Below are positions 45,532 through 55,801 of a DNA stretch of 64,000 nt, piece by piece. Below the pieces are notes generated by a model. It searched no databases. It saw only the letters and a program-made list of their open reading frames with translations, and was not told the DNA's origin. The stretch comes from Berkelbacteria bacterium GW2011_GWE1_39_12 (GTDB taxonomy: Bacteria; Patescibacteriota; UBA1384; UBA12157), in assembly GCA_001029735.1 (NCBI GenBank), contig CP011213.1:11709-75708 (forward strand), given 5' to 3'. Position numbers and translations under genes: made by a program. The stretch's first letter is position 1, and every line of letters begins with the position of its first letter.

Positions 45532-48500
45532 TTTTTAACCCCGATCCAAAGATCATCATTATTCAACTTAATATCAATGCTTTGGTCGACTTCTCGACGT
45601 TCAAATTTAATATCAGTTAATTTGGTTTCGTTTTTAATTTCATCCTTAAATTTTTTAATTAAATCAATAATTCCCAAATTACCATCAGCAAATAATTCGA
45701 CTAAATCATCAGGACTATAGCCAGATTTTTTTCTTAAATCTTGAATTGCACGAACAATATCATTTTTCATACCTTCGTCCTGCAATTCTGGTGTGATTTC
45801 TTGATCGATTTCTATTTCTTTGTATCCTGTAAATACTACTTCTTTTACATTTACTTCATCCTCAATTATTTTTTCAAATTCTTCGTCTAATTTTTTACCG
45901 CCGTATTTTAGATATCCAAGCGGCTGTCTAACTTTATATTTCGGTCCAAGCGCCGCACGAGCAGCTAAACCTTGTTCGATAATTACGCGAGTCTCTGACA
46001 TTTTTTCATTTATGCCTTTATTAATTATATCTTCATTAGCCACTGGAAAATTTTCTAAATGAACCGATTCCCTACTGGTCAAATTCTTAAAAATTTCTTC
46101 GGTAGTAAACGGCATAAAGGGTGCCAGTGTTTTTGACAGTTCAACTAAAACAGTATGCAAAGTTTGATATGCGTTGTTTTTATCCTCAGCATTCCCCTGT
46201 TTTTGAAAACGCTTACGTGATCGGCGGATATACCAATTTGAAAGGTTATCAACGAACGGAACAAATAAGCGCGCGGCTTTTGTTAATTCATATTTTTCCA
46301 TATTGGCATTGACATCTTTAATTAACTGGTTTAGTTCCGACAAAATCCACTTATCCAATATGTTTTCAGATTTTGCGGACAATTCAGAATTTTCTTTTGC
46401 TTTAAAATTATCGATATTGGCATAAAGAGTGAAAAACGAATAAGAATTCCAAAGCATTCTAAAGAAGCCTTTGCTAAATTGATCCAAATCTTTTTCTGAA
46501 AAATTTAAATTCTCCGCTTGTAAGATTTGCGATGAAAGTAAATACATGCGCAAAACATCAGCGCCGTATCTATCGAGTACTTCAACAGGATCCGGATAGT
46601 TTTTCAAACGCTTACTCATTTTTTTGCCGTCTTCAGCCAAAACGATTCCGCTTACAATAACGTTTTTATACGCAACACTTTTTTTAATAGACGTAGCGAT
46701 CAAATGTAAATAATAAAACCAAGCGCGTGTTTGGTCTTGGGCTTCGGCGATAAAATTTGCTGGAAAATAATTGGCAAATTTTTCTTTATTTTCAAACGGG
46801 TAATGGATTTGCGCGTAAGGCATTGAACCGCTATCAAACCAAGTGTCTAAAACATCTGGCACACGATGTGCTTCTTTACCGCATTTATCGCAATTAATTG
46901 TGAAATTATCAATTTTATCTTTATGTAAATCAACTATTTGAGCATTCTCATCAACATAGAATGTCTGAACTCCGTTATGATCAAAATCTTCACGATCGAA
47001 GTATTCATCCAGCTTACAATCGTTTAAAATTTTATTCATGGAAGCATTTGTACCGCCATGGCCAACAATTAGAATATTTTTACCGGCGTATTTTTTAGCA
47101 ATTTCTTTCAGAAAATTTTCAATTCGATCAACTACTTCTTGACGATTTTCTCCAGTAGTTCCAAATTTACAGTTAAATCTTTCTTCCAAGGTCTTTAAAG
47201 CTTTATAACTTTTATAGCTTTCGTCTTCTTTGAGTAATTCTTCTTTTGATGTATCATTCCATGAGCCAAATTGGTTTTCAGTAATGCGGTCGTCGAAAAT
47301 TAATTCAGTCTGTAATTTTTTATTGATAATCTCTGCCGTTTGTTTGGTTCTTAAAACTGGCGAACTAATAATCAGATCAATGTCTTTTAATTTATCAGCG
47401 CCATTTTCTGCTTGGACCTTCCCCTTTTCCGTTAATGGAAATTTATCTAACGAATGTGAACTAATTTTTAAAACATTTTTTTCACTTTCGCCGTGACGAA
47501 CAAAACTTATTTTGGTGATTTTTTGATTTGTCTCTTTTCTTAAATCATCCATTGAGCCAAAAACTTTAATTTCACCACATCCGCCATGCTCGGCGGAACA
47601 TCGCCACAAAGGAATAACCGAAGCCCAATAACGCTGGCGTGAAATTGACCAATCTCTAGCACCTTCCAACCATTTTCCAAATCTGCCTTCTTTAATGTGT
47701 TTTGGCGACCAATTAATTTCTTTGGCTAAATTCAATAAATCAGGCTTTACTTTGATAACGTTAACAAACCAGGATGACGTCGCGTAATTTAACAAAGGAG
47801 TTTCACAACGCCAACAATGCGGATAAGAATGTTCGTATTTTTCTTTAGAAAAGAGCAAATTTCTTGAAGCTAAATTCTTAATAATTTCTACATCTGTTTT
47901 CTGAACATCTTCTGGATGTTTAACATGCATACCAGCAAATTGTTTAACCTCAGGCTTAATAATACCGTCCATACCGATGTGCTGTACAAACGGCAAATTT
48001 TTCTTTTTTCCTAAATTTAAATCGTCTTCTCCAAATGCTGGTGCAATGTGAACAATACCAGTCCCCTCTTCGGTTGTAACAAAAGGAGCATCTACAATCT
48101 TCCAACCGTTGTTACTGTTTTCGATTTCCAAGTCTTTATAATCACGATACAACGGATCATATTTTTGACCGATTAGTTCTTCGCCAGGAAAATCTTCCAA
48201 TTTTTCAAATTCTCTATCTTTAAAAACATCGGCTAATCTGTTTTTAGCTAAAATATATTTTTCCGATTCACCAGTATCTTCGTTTTGTGATTGAACTTTA
48301 ACATACTCAATGTCTTTTCCGACCGCTAATGCTACATTGGCGATTAATGTCCATGGAGTAGTTGTCCAAGCAAGGACGAAGGTCCCCTGTTCATCGATTA
48401 GCTCAAATTTGGCGGTAGCAGATAAATCTTTGATTGTCTTATAACCTTCAGTTACTTCTGATTGAGATAGAGTTGTTTCGCAGCGCGGGCAGATATGCAT

Positions 48501-49037
48501 TGATCTATAGCCTTCATAAACCAAATCTTTATCGTACAGCTCTTTAAAAACCCACCAGACTGATTCCATGTATGAAAAATCCATAGTACGATAAGCGTTT
48601 TTCATATCAACCCAGCGGCCTAGTTTTGGAATAATTTTTTCCCATTCATCTACATAGCCCAAAACTTTATCACGGCAAATATTATTGAATTTATCAATGC
48701 CTAAATCTTCGATTTCTTTTTTATGAGTGATTCCAAGTTCTTGCTCAGCAATATTTTCAATCGGAAGGCCGTGACAATCCCATCCCCAAATACGATCGAC
48801 TTGAAAACCCTTCATTGTGAAAAATCTTGGCACCGCATCTTTGGCAACACTTTGAACTAGATGCCCATAATGAGGAGTTCCGGTCGCAAACGGCGGGCCA
48901 TCGTAAAAACTAAATATTGGTGAGCCTTTGCGATTTTCAATAGATTTTTTAAAAGTATCGTTTTCTTGCCAAAAGTTTAAAATCTCGTTTTCGATCTCTG
49001 GCAATTTAACTTGGGAGTCAATTTTTTTATAACTCAT
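45528..49037 (-). CDS. ileS: isoleucine--tRNA ligase, eukaryote/archaeal-like type 2, carrying an inserted histidine-phosphatase (PGAM-like) domain of about 190 aa
   Basis: PFATGTPHYGH (HIGH), KMSKR; CP1 editing motif WTTTPWTL; insertion residues about 508-698 with RHGES, SSPVLRTKQTA, ENQFGSW, LIVGHGGT between the WRCSAEHGGCGEI and DLHKDKIDNFTINCDKCG...VPDVLDTWFDSG segments. Confidence 0.9.
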   Translation of the reverse strand: MSYKKIDSQVKLPEIENEILNFWQENDTFKKSIENRKGSPIFSFYDGPPFATGTPHYGHLVQSVAKDAVPRFFTMKGFQVDRIWGWDCHGLPIENIAEQELGITHKKEIEDLGIDKFNNICRDKVLGYVDEWEKIIPKLGRWVDMKNAYRTMDFSYMESVWWVFKELYDKDLVYEGYRSMHICPRCETTLSQSEVTEGYKTIKDLSATAKFELIDEQGTFVLAWTTTPWTLIANVALAVGKDIEYVKVQSQNEDTGESEKYILAKNRLADVFKDREFEKLEDFPGEELIGQKYDPLYRDYKDLEIENSNNGWKIVDAPFVTTEEGTGIVHIAPAFGEDDLNLGKKKNLPFVQHIGMDGIIKPEVKQFAGMHVKHPEDVQKTDVEIIKNLASRNLLFSKEKYEHSYPHCWRCETPLLNYATSSWFVNVIKVKPDLLNLAKEINWSPKHIKEGRFGKWLEGARDWSISRQRYWASVIPLWRCSAEHGGCGEIKVFGSMDDLRKETNQKITKISFVRHGESEKNVLKISSHSLDKFPLTEKGKVQAENGADKLKDIDLIISSPVLRTKQTAEIINKKLQTELIFDDRITENQFGSWNDTSKEELLKEDESYKSYKALKTLEERFNCKFGTTGENRQEVVDRIENFLKEIAKKYAGKNILIVGHGGTNASMNKILNDCKLDEYFDREDFDHNGVQTFYVDENAQIVDLHKDKIDNFTINCDKCGKEAHRVPDVLDTWFDSGSMPYAQIHYPFENKEKFANYFPANFIAEAQDQTRAWFYYLHLIATSIKKSVAYKNVIVSGIVLAEDGKKMSKRLKNYPDPVEVLDRYGADVLRMYLLSSQILQAENLNFSEKDLDQFSKGFFRMLWNSYSFFTLYANIDNFKAKENSELSAKSENILDKWILSELNQLIKDVNANMEKYELTKAARLFVPFVDNLSNWYIRRSRKRFQKQGNAEDKNNAYQTLHTVLVELSKTLAPFMPFTTEEIFKNLTSRESVHLENFPVANEDIINKGINEKMSETRVIIEQGLAARAALGPKYKVRQPLGYLKYGGKKLDEEFEKIIEDEVNVKEVVFTGYKEIEIDQEITPELQDEGMKNDIVRAIQDLRKKSGYSPDDLVELFADGNLGIIDLIKKFKDEIKNETKLTDIKFERREVDQSIDIKLNNDDLWIGVKK

Positions 49038-49447
49038 GCATTCCCTTTCATCATGGCTTCATCGATCGCTTCATTAACCAATTTGTCGGCAACTTTATTT
49101 TGTTCGCGTGGCACATGTTGGAAAAATACTTTACCACCCAATCTCAAGATTAAATCTCTAATTTCCCAAAATAAAGGCTTCAAGCCTTCATTTTTTAGTT
49201 TGTAATTACCGTTCAGCTGTTCAACAACTAGTTGGGAGTCGAGATAAAATTGAATTTCTAATTCTTCAGCAAAGTTATTGACAATATATTTTAAGGCTTC
49301 CAATACGGCAGTATATTCAGCTTGGTTATTTGTGGCAACACCAATATATTTTCCGATTTTAGTTTCTGGCAAAATCAAAAAACCGATTCCTGCGTGACCA
49401 GGATTGCCACGTGATCCGCCGTCGGTAAAAACTGTAAGCTGTTGCAT
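49034..49447 (-). CDS. rnhA: ribonuclease HI
   Basis: TDGGSRGNPGHAGIG N-terminal motif; DEDD catalytic pattern. Confidence 0.85.
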   Translation of the reverse strand: MQQLTVFTDGGSRGNPGHAGIGFLILPETKIGKYIGVATNNQAEYTAVLEALKYIVNNFAEELEIQFYLDSQLVVEQLNGNYKLKNEGLKPLFWEIRDLILRLGGKVFFQHVPREQNKVADKLVNEAIDEAMMKGNA

Positions 49448-49544
49448 TTTTATTACTCCTCAAAAATATTTTATTCGTATCTATATTTTAACAAAAAAAA
49501 GAAGACACTACCAGGGGGCAGGTCTTCTTTTTTATAGTCTTCTA

Positions 49545-52500
49545 TTACTTTAAATTTTCTAAAATAGAGTAATAATCCACTGATTTCTGTATGCCTCGTT
49601 CATTCCAATTCACATTGACGTCGACTCTAACTGAAGAAGGGTTTCCAGCCGGGGCAACGATAATCGGTATAGTAGTAACATGGGGTGTAGCTGTCCCCTG
49701 TTCAATAATAAGTCTTGCAGTATACATATTGGCTGAGACATAAACAGTTGCCGGATTAGCAGGTGTAGAGATAGAGGTGACTGTGAAAGATTGGGCATTT
49801 GCCTTATATCCAGCATCGTTAACATCTAAATCGGTAAGCGGACCGCAGAAGTGACTAACATTACTAACACTGTTTTTTGCTCCACTAGTTATTGCAGAAT
49901 CCGGGCAATTCCACCAGAAAGAATAACTAATAGATCCAGTGGCTGTACTAGCAGAATCACGATTGGCAGTTAAAATAGTGGATAACGGCATAAAACCGGT
50001 TGAAGGAATTGCCGATAATGTAGCCGAAAGTGTTGTTGCCGATGCGGTATAATTAACACTCGTTGATGCCGTGCTGCTTTTTGTTCCTCTCTCAATATAT
50101 ACTCTAGGATTATAAGTTCCAGCATTATAAGTCGCAGTGTGCGATGCTGAAGAGTTTGAAGTGTTAATATTAGCCGCAAATGGCAATTGCCCACCACATT
50201 TCATCACCCCTGAAACATACCCCGGCGCCACACTGCAATCCATCCAAAAATAATAATTATATGTCTCACTGGTGAAGCCGGTTGAGGTTGGCGTTGCGGT
50301 TATATTCACATTCATTGGCGCAGGACCGGTTGAAGGCGCCGCTGTAATACCGACGGTCAAGGTTTGTGGTGGAGTAACGTACAAGATGACCTGTGCGCTT
50401 GTAAATTTTTCCCAGTTGTAATTGCAGAAAAGGGTAAAAGTATGAGCCTGTGTAATATTAGAAATTGTCGATGAACCGCTACTTGCCGGCGATGAGGTAT
50501 TCCAATTCCAATTACTTTCAGTAGGACTACCTGCGGTGTAACAAGTAGTGGCATTGCTTTGCGACCAATTTAATATCACCGACCCACCATAAGGAATTGT
50601 AATGGCAGGAGCATTTCCTGCGTCATCGGTGTTGGTTTTTTGGTTACTTGGATTACTGCTATCTATTTCCATCAAACTAACCGACGGAGTCACAGAAGCA
50701 CCAACATTAACATTCACGTTAGCATTGGCATTTCCCCCTGGACCCGTACAAGACATACTGTAAGAACGACTCGAAGTAAGATTCCCAGTTGACTCGCCGG
50801 TAGTATTGGAAGTTGCACGGCTGCCCGTCCATGAACCAGAAACAGTACAAGCGGTAGCATTGGATGTGGTCCATGTAAGATTCGCAGCCGTGTTGTACGA
50901 AATTGTTGTTGAACCAGAATGATTATTTGCTCTCAAATCAATTGTCGGGCCAGGTGCTGAACTGACAGTAACCGCAGGAGCCTGAACCGTTGCTCCTGTA
51001 TTTGAGTTATAAATGAATACAAAAGGATGCTTTGTCCCAGCTGTACTATATGTATAAGGAGCAAGATTATTAGTCGTCATATTCCAATAATTAATACCAT
51101 CACCGTTGTAAATGTGATATTCTGGCTGTTTATTACAAAAATTTGCACTACTGTACCAATCCTTTAATGTGCTCGCAGTATAATTGGCAAGTGACAGGTT
51201 TGTAGTCGTTGGTCCATTAGAACAATCTTCCCAATAATAATAGTTAAACCAATCGCCGTAAGAAGATGTAACGCTATCCAGATTGCCGGCAGAGGCAGTC
51301 AAATAAACATTTTGGCCGACTGAATAGCTTGATAAATCGCTGTGCAGATTGGCCGACATAGTAAATGGTGGTGGCGGTGAACCCACGTTCACATTTACAG
51401 TAGCAGTAGGACTGCTGCCACTAGAATTAGTACAATAAAGGCTATAAGATTTAGAGCTGGTCAAAGCACCTGTCGATTGAGAGCCAGAAACACTTTTAGC
51501 GCCCGACCAGCTGCCTGAAGCCGTGCAAGAGGTAGGATTATTTGTTGATGACCAAGCAAGGGTTGCAGCGGTATTGTATGGAATAGTAATTGTTCCAGTA
51601 TTACCATTTGCGGTTAAATTGACCGTTGGTGTCAAGATAGCGTCTACAGTTACTGTTGCGGAGGCATAATCAGCCAAGCCTCCCCTTTCCACTACGTAAA
51701 CTGGCGTATATGTTCCTGCACTTGTGTAAATATGATCCACAGCCCAACCCGTACTGGTTTGATTATCTTTTTTAAAACCTGTCACGGTAGTACTGTCGTT
51801 TGTCAAAGTACCACAGACTTTACTAACCGAAGTATAATCTTTAGCGGTAGCAGTAGCATAATTCGGACAATTCCACCAAAAACTAAAGTTGTAATTGCCT
51901 GTTTGATTTTGGCTAACACTTGATCCGGTAAGTTTTGTTGAAGTAGCAGTATTAACTGCAGAAGGTACAGCGGTTAATGCTGCGCTAAGTGATGGCACCG
52001 GCGTCGCTACTGCGGTGTTTAAAAAACCACTCGCTCCTGAAAAGTTGGCGCTGTAAGTAAAATCCTGTACTTTACCGCCCGTACATCGGTCGACGCTTCC
52101 GATCAATGTATTATGATAAAGCATTTCAGAATAAAGGGCGGCCGGCGTACTTGCAAAGGAAATGTTTGCGGAGATAGTACCCGTATTTGTTACCGTGTAG
52201 ACATGGGGACTTACATATGTAAGATTAACAAGTGAACTTTCACTGAAGTTCGTTGGAGAATTGACCGCAAAGTTTGTATACAAGGTACGCTCTAAACCAA
52301 TTGTATCAAAGCTCCCGGTTTCTGCCGTTGGGACCGAGCAACCTTGATCATTGCTTCCCCAATATCCGGATCGGCTATACTGACCCAGCACGCCAATAGT
52401 ATTAATGAGTGAACTATTATAATTGTAAGCTGCAGCATACCCGAAATGGTTTGAATCCGGATATAACGCAAACCCAGGATTAGAGCCTTGTAATGATTTA

Positions 52501-52823
52501 AAAACAATAGTGTCGCCTTTATAAATAGTGTTTCCACTTGCATCTTTTCCCGTATTGCCTGTAATCGAGATATCAGTACCATTAACACGATGATAGGCGC
52601 CAAAACCAAAAGTAAAACTCCCCTTAAAATCAAAAACGTTTGTCATATTTGTGCTGTCATAATAAGCCGTATCAGGCGATGTCCAGGTGGTCGATTTGTA
52701 ATATGGGTCAGCGTGAGCTTTGCCGAAACTTAAGAAAAATAATAAAGAAAAAGAAATCAAAATAAAAGTGCTTTTTCCAAAGAACATAAGTAATTTCATA
52801 GCTTTTGATTGGGATTGTATCAT
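49545..52823 (-). CDS. giant Ser/Thr/Asn-rich secreted surface protein (1092 aa) with Ig-like and FWWNC-type repeat domains and a conserved C-terminal module
   Basis: Signal peptide; repeated TIPYNTAA.LAWSS.N...C and YSFWWNCP domains; C-terminus VAPAGNPSSVRVDVNVNWNERGIQKSVDYYSILENLK shared with 53586-55784. Confidence 0.7.
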   Translation of the reverse strand: MIQSQSKAMKLLMFFGKSTFILISFSLLFFLSFGKAHADPYYKSTTWTSPDTAYYDSTNMTNVFDFKGSFTFGFGAYHRVNGTDISITGNTGKDASGNTIYKGDTIVFKSLQGSNPGFALYPDSNHFGYAAAYNYNSSLINTIGVLGQYSRSGYWGSNDQGCSVPTAETGSFDTIGLERTLYTNFAVNSPTNFSESSLVNLTYVSPHVYTVTNTGTISANISFASTPAALYSEMLYHNTLIGSVDRCTGGKVQDFTYSANFSGASGFLNTAVATPVPSLSAALTAVPSAVNTATSTKLTGSSVSQNQTGNYNFSFWWNCPNYATATAKDYTSVSKVCGTLTNDSTTVTGFKKDNQTSTGWAVDHIYTSAGTYTPVYVVERGGLADYASATVTVDAILTPTVNLTANGNTGTITIPYNTAATLAWSSTNNPTSCTASGSWSGAKSVSGSQSTGALTSSKSYSLYCTNSSGSSPTATVNVNVGSPPPPFTMSANLHSDLSSYSVGQNVYLTASAGNLDSVTSSYGDWFNYYYWEDCSNGPTTTNLSLANYTASTLKDWYSSANFCNKQPEYHIYNGDGINYWNMTTNNLAPYTYSTAGTKHPFVFIYNSNTGATVQAPAVTVSSAPGPTIDLRANNHSGSTTISYNTAANLTWTTSNATACTVSGSWTGSRATSNTTGESTGNLTSSRSYSMSCTGPGGNANANVNVNVGASVTPSVSLMEIDSSNPSNQKTNTDDAGNAPAITIPYGGSVILNWSQSNATTCYTAGSPTESNWNWNTSSPASSGSSTISNITQAHTFTLFCNYNWEKFTSAQVILYVTPPQTLTVGITAAPSTGPAPMNVNITATPTSTGFTSETYNYYFWMDCSVAPGYVSGVMKCGGQLPFAANINTSNSSASHTATYNAGTYNPRVYIERGTKSSTASTSVNYTASATTLSATLSAIPSTGFMPLSTILTANRDSASTATGSISYSFWWNCPDSAITSGAKNSVSNVSHFCGPLTDLDVNDAGYKANAQSFTVTSISTPANPATVYVSANMYTARLIIEQGTATPHVTTIPIIVAPAGNPSSVRVDVNVNWNERGIQKSVDYYSILENLK

Positions 52824-52838
52824 TAATTACTCCGTTAT

Positions 52839-53477
52839 TTAATTTTGGGTAAATATTTTTTGAAGAAAATTAGCCGGGCTAGAAAGCTGAATACTGTTAA
52901 AAATGTTATTTGTATTTAAATTAGTATCAGTATCCTTTTGATTAAAATCAGAATAGAATTCCAAAACATATTTTCCTTGCTTGATAAATTTACCCTCACT
53001 TACAAAAGTTTCATCTTCATCTGTAAAGATTTTTGTCATCAAAATAAAATCCAACCCGTTCTCTTTCAAGGTGATAATTCCCGACTCTCCTTGTGTGTAC
53101 TTTATATAACTTTCTAAACTGTTTTTATCGAATGACCCTTTTTTTTGCGAAGCAGCGAATTTGTTGACATCAACAATTTTAACTTTAAAGGTGCTCGAAC
53201 CGGTAAAATTAAGTTGTTCTAAAACAGTGCCATTGAAACTTTTTACATCGGCTTTTTCTATTTTCCAATTTGTCGGATAACGGAAACTAAAGCCGTAATT
53301 ATTATTGCTATAGGTTTGCCAATCGGCAGGACCGGAAAAGCTAGTCGTTTTTACGTGAGAATCTTCTTTCACTTTCAGTTCATAACGCCAAATTAACAGG
53401 CTAGCCGTAATTAGAGCAATAATTATAAGTATAATTCCTATAATTTTTTTATTTTTTAGTATATTGGTCTCTGCCAT
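52839..53477 (-). CDS. membrane-anchored hypothetical protein (212 aa)
   Basis: N-terminal TM helix, extracytoplasmic beta-rich domain. Confidence 0.5.
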   Translation of the reverse strand: MAETNILKNKKIIGIILIIIALITASLLIWRYELKVKEDSHVKTTSFSGPADWQTYSNNNYGFSFRYPTNWKIEKADVKSFNGTVLEQLNFTGSSTFKVKIVDVNKFAASQKKGSFDKNSLESYIKYTQGESGIITLKENGLDFILMTKIFTDEDETFVSEGKFIKQGKYVLEFYSDFNQKDTDTNLNTNNIFNSIQLSSPANFLQKIFTQN

Positions 53478-53585
53478 CCCACTCCTTTTTTAGAACTTTT
53501 AAATACAAACAAAAAAAACTGTCTTTATAAATACATTATAGAATAGACACAACCCTAATTCAAATAATGCTAATCAATAGATCGT

Positions 53586-55784
53586 CTAATTATTTAGATT
53601 TTCTAAAACCGAATAATAATCAACCGATTTAGGCTCACCCCGTTCATCCCAACCAACGTTAACATCAACTCTAATTGACGAAGGGTTTCCAGCCGGCGCA
53701 ACTGTAACATCGGCAGTAGCCACTTTAGCCAAAGACCCACGTTCAATAACAACAACTGTATGGTAAATGCCGGCGCCGGTATAGGCATGTAAAATTGGCA
53801 ATAAAGTTGTCGTAACGCCATCGTGCGTTTTATCACCTATATTAGGATTACCTAAAGGATTACCGCAAGCTGCGACAGTGGATGCATAATCAGAACCAGG
53901 AGTAGAACAATCCCACCAGAAGGTATAGTTAATACTACCAGTCATAGAGCCCCCAGTTGTTGCGGTCAATGTCGTGTTAAGAGGACTAAGTCCTGAAGAT
54001 GGCATAGCTATTAGTTCAGCCGTCAGCGTAGGAGTAGTATTTGCCGTGACAGCGACACGGCTTTCGGCAGATAAAGTACCGCGTTCTATAACCACTTTAA
54101 CCGTAAATATACCAACCGAACTGTATGAGGCCATTGTTTTTTTTGGAATATCCGTAACGCCATCAAATTTGGCTTGAGGACTGCCACAAGCAGCAAGCGT
54201 TGTCATGTAAGTCGTTGCGATACTATTACAATTCCACCAAAATGAATAGCTTATTGTTCCAGTAGCTGTGCCCCCTGGAATCGCTGTGAGTTCCGGACTA
54301 AACGTAATTGGCCCGCTTACAGGGTTGGCGACCAAACTGGCGGTTAAAGTTTGTGGTGCGCTCGTTACAGTGACAGTTGCTCGACTTTCCGCCGAGAGAG
54401 CACCGCGCTCGATGATAACTTTACCATAATACGCTCCAGCCGGTGTATAAGTATTTGTCGCCACTAGCAAAATATTACTTATTCCATCTTTTTTAAATCC
54501 GATTGTTGCCGTATGAGGATCACCGCAGGCTGTGACGGCAGCAGCATAGGTCATAGCCGTGCTATTACAATTCCACCAAAAAGAATAGTTTAAAGTTCCA
54601 GTAGCCGTTCCGCCCGCATTGGCAGTTAATGAAGTACCCAATGGCGCCGGGCCATTAGCCGGATTTGCCGACAAACTAGCAGTTAATGCAGGAGGTGTAA
54701 CAACTACATTGACATTCGCATTTGCATTAGAGTTTCCGTTAACGCAAGTTATGCTATACGATTTACTAGCTATTAAATTTCCTGTTGTCTGCGTTCCTGA
54801 AGTAGCAGTGCTCGTTGTCCATGCGGCATTGCAAGAAGTTGCATTACTTGAACTCCACGCTAAATTCGCTGAAGCATTATAAGCAATAGTAGTCGAACCT
54901 GACGAACCGTTGGCGGTTAAGGTTACAGTCGGTGCGGGCGGACTATTGACCGTGATTGTTGCTCTTTTTTCAGCAGTAAGGGATCCGCGTTCGATAATAA
55001 CTTTGCCGTAATAAGTACCGGCCGGTGAATATGAGTGAGATACTGTTTGTGGGTTAGCGCTAGTTCCATCAAACTTTGCTCCAATGGTTGAAGTATGAGG
55101 ATCACCGCAAGCCATGACAGTAGCAGCATAAGTCGAAGACGTACTATTGCAATTCCACCAAAATGAATAATTAATCGTACCAGTAACATTACCGCCTGGC
55201 GTTGCAGTTAAGGTTGTATTTAACGGCGACACCCCTGAATTTGGGTTGGCAGCAAGATTAGCTGTTAAAGACGGAGAATCCCATACCCAATCAGAAATAC
55301 CTTGCTTATGGTAATAATAAGTTGGGCCCGACATGTATGGCTGAGTGTAAGTTTTAAAATAAGCAGTCACCCGACCGTTAGAATCTGCTAACATAAACAT
55401 GCTTCCGTTAGCAAAAGCCTCGGCACCAGAACAAGTAGTATTGTATCCCATCGGGTCATATTCATCCGCCAAAAGCACGTTTGTTGGGCTAGTGACTTTT
55501 CCTTCAACCCTGTAAGAACGACAAGTTCCCGAAATACTAGTATGAATGATATAACTAAAAGTATTACCGTTCTTTAAGGTCATGCTGCCCCAAGTATCGG
55601 TAGGTACTAATTTTGATGAAGAATTGCTAACTGAGGTTTGATATTCGGAAAGAGAGCTCCCAACGATCGAGCCCCAAATTCCGCTGGCCGCCATAATTTT
55701 AGCAGGACGAGAAAAAACTGCTATTGTAAAAGAGACCAGCAAAATAGCGAAAAATATAGCAATTATAAAACGGTTTTTTTTCAT
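53586..55784 (-). CDS. large secreted surface protein (732 aa) with four tandem FWW(N/D)C repeat domains and the same C-terminal module as 49545-52823
   Basis: Signal peptide; four repeats of about 110 aa (G.TG.INY.FWWNCNS...ACG.P...Y..AG.Y...VIERG.L.AE.R..VT); C-terminus VAPAGNPSSIRVDVNVGWDERGEPKSVDYYSVLENL. Confidence 0.7.
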   Translation of the reverse strand: MKKNRFIIAIFFAILLVSFTIAVFSRPAKIMAASGIWGSIVGSSLSEYQTSVSNSSSKLVPTDTWGSMTLKNGNTFSYIIHTSISGTCRSYRVEGKVTSPTNVLLADEYDPMGYNTTCSGAEAFANGSMFMLADSNGRVTAYFKTYTQPYMSGPTYYYHKQGISDWVWDSPSLTANLAANPNSGVSPLNTTLTATPGGNVTGTINYSFWWNCNSTSSTYAATVMACGDPHTSTIGAKFDGTSANPQTVSHSYSPAGTYYGKVIIERGSLTAEKRATITVNSPPAPTVTLTANGSSGSTTIAYNASANLAWSSSNATSCNAAWTTSTATSGTQTTGNLIASKSYSITCVNGNSNANANVNVVVTPPALTASLSANPANGPAPLGTSLTANAGGTATGTLNYSFWWNCNSTAMTYAAAVTACGDPHTATIGFKKDGISNILLVATNTYTPAGAYYGKVIIERGALSAESRATVTVTSAPQTLTASLVANPVSGPITFSPELTAIPGGTATGTISYSFWWNCNSIATTYMTTLAACGSPQAKFDGVTDIPKKTMASYSSVGIFTVKVVIERGTLSAESRVAVTANTTPTLTAELIAMPSSGLSPLNTTLTATTGGSMTGSINYTFWWDCSTPGSDYASTVAACGNPLGNPNIGDKTHDGVTTTLLPILHAYTGAGIYHTVVVIERGSLAKVATADVTVAPAGNPSSIRVDVNVGWDERGEPKSVDYYSVLENLNN

Positions 55785-55801
55785 AATTTAAGATTAACAA
55801 A

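Noticed and set aside
46938-47516. IleRS insertion as an intein
   Set aside because: There is no Cys/Ser at the N-terminal splice junction, no His-Asn at the C-terminal junction and no endonuclease motifs. The insertion has canonical histidine-phosphatase RHG/H motifs, so it is a domain insertion, not a protein splicing element.
53900-55250. Regular ~330-nt repeats as a possible CRISPR-like or other non-coding array
   Set aside because: The repeats are far too long and lie inside a continuous ORF. They encode protein domain repeats (FWWNC modules).
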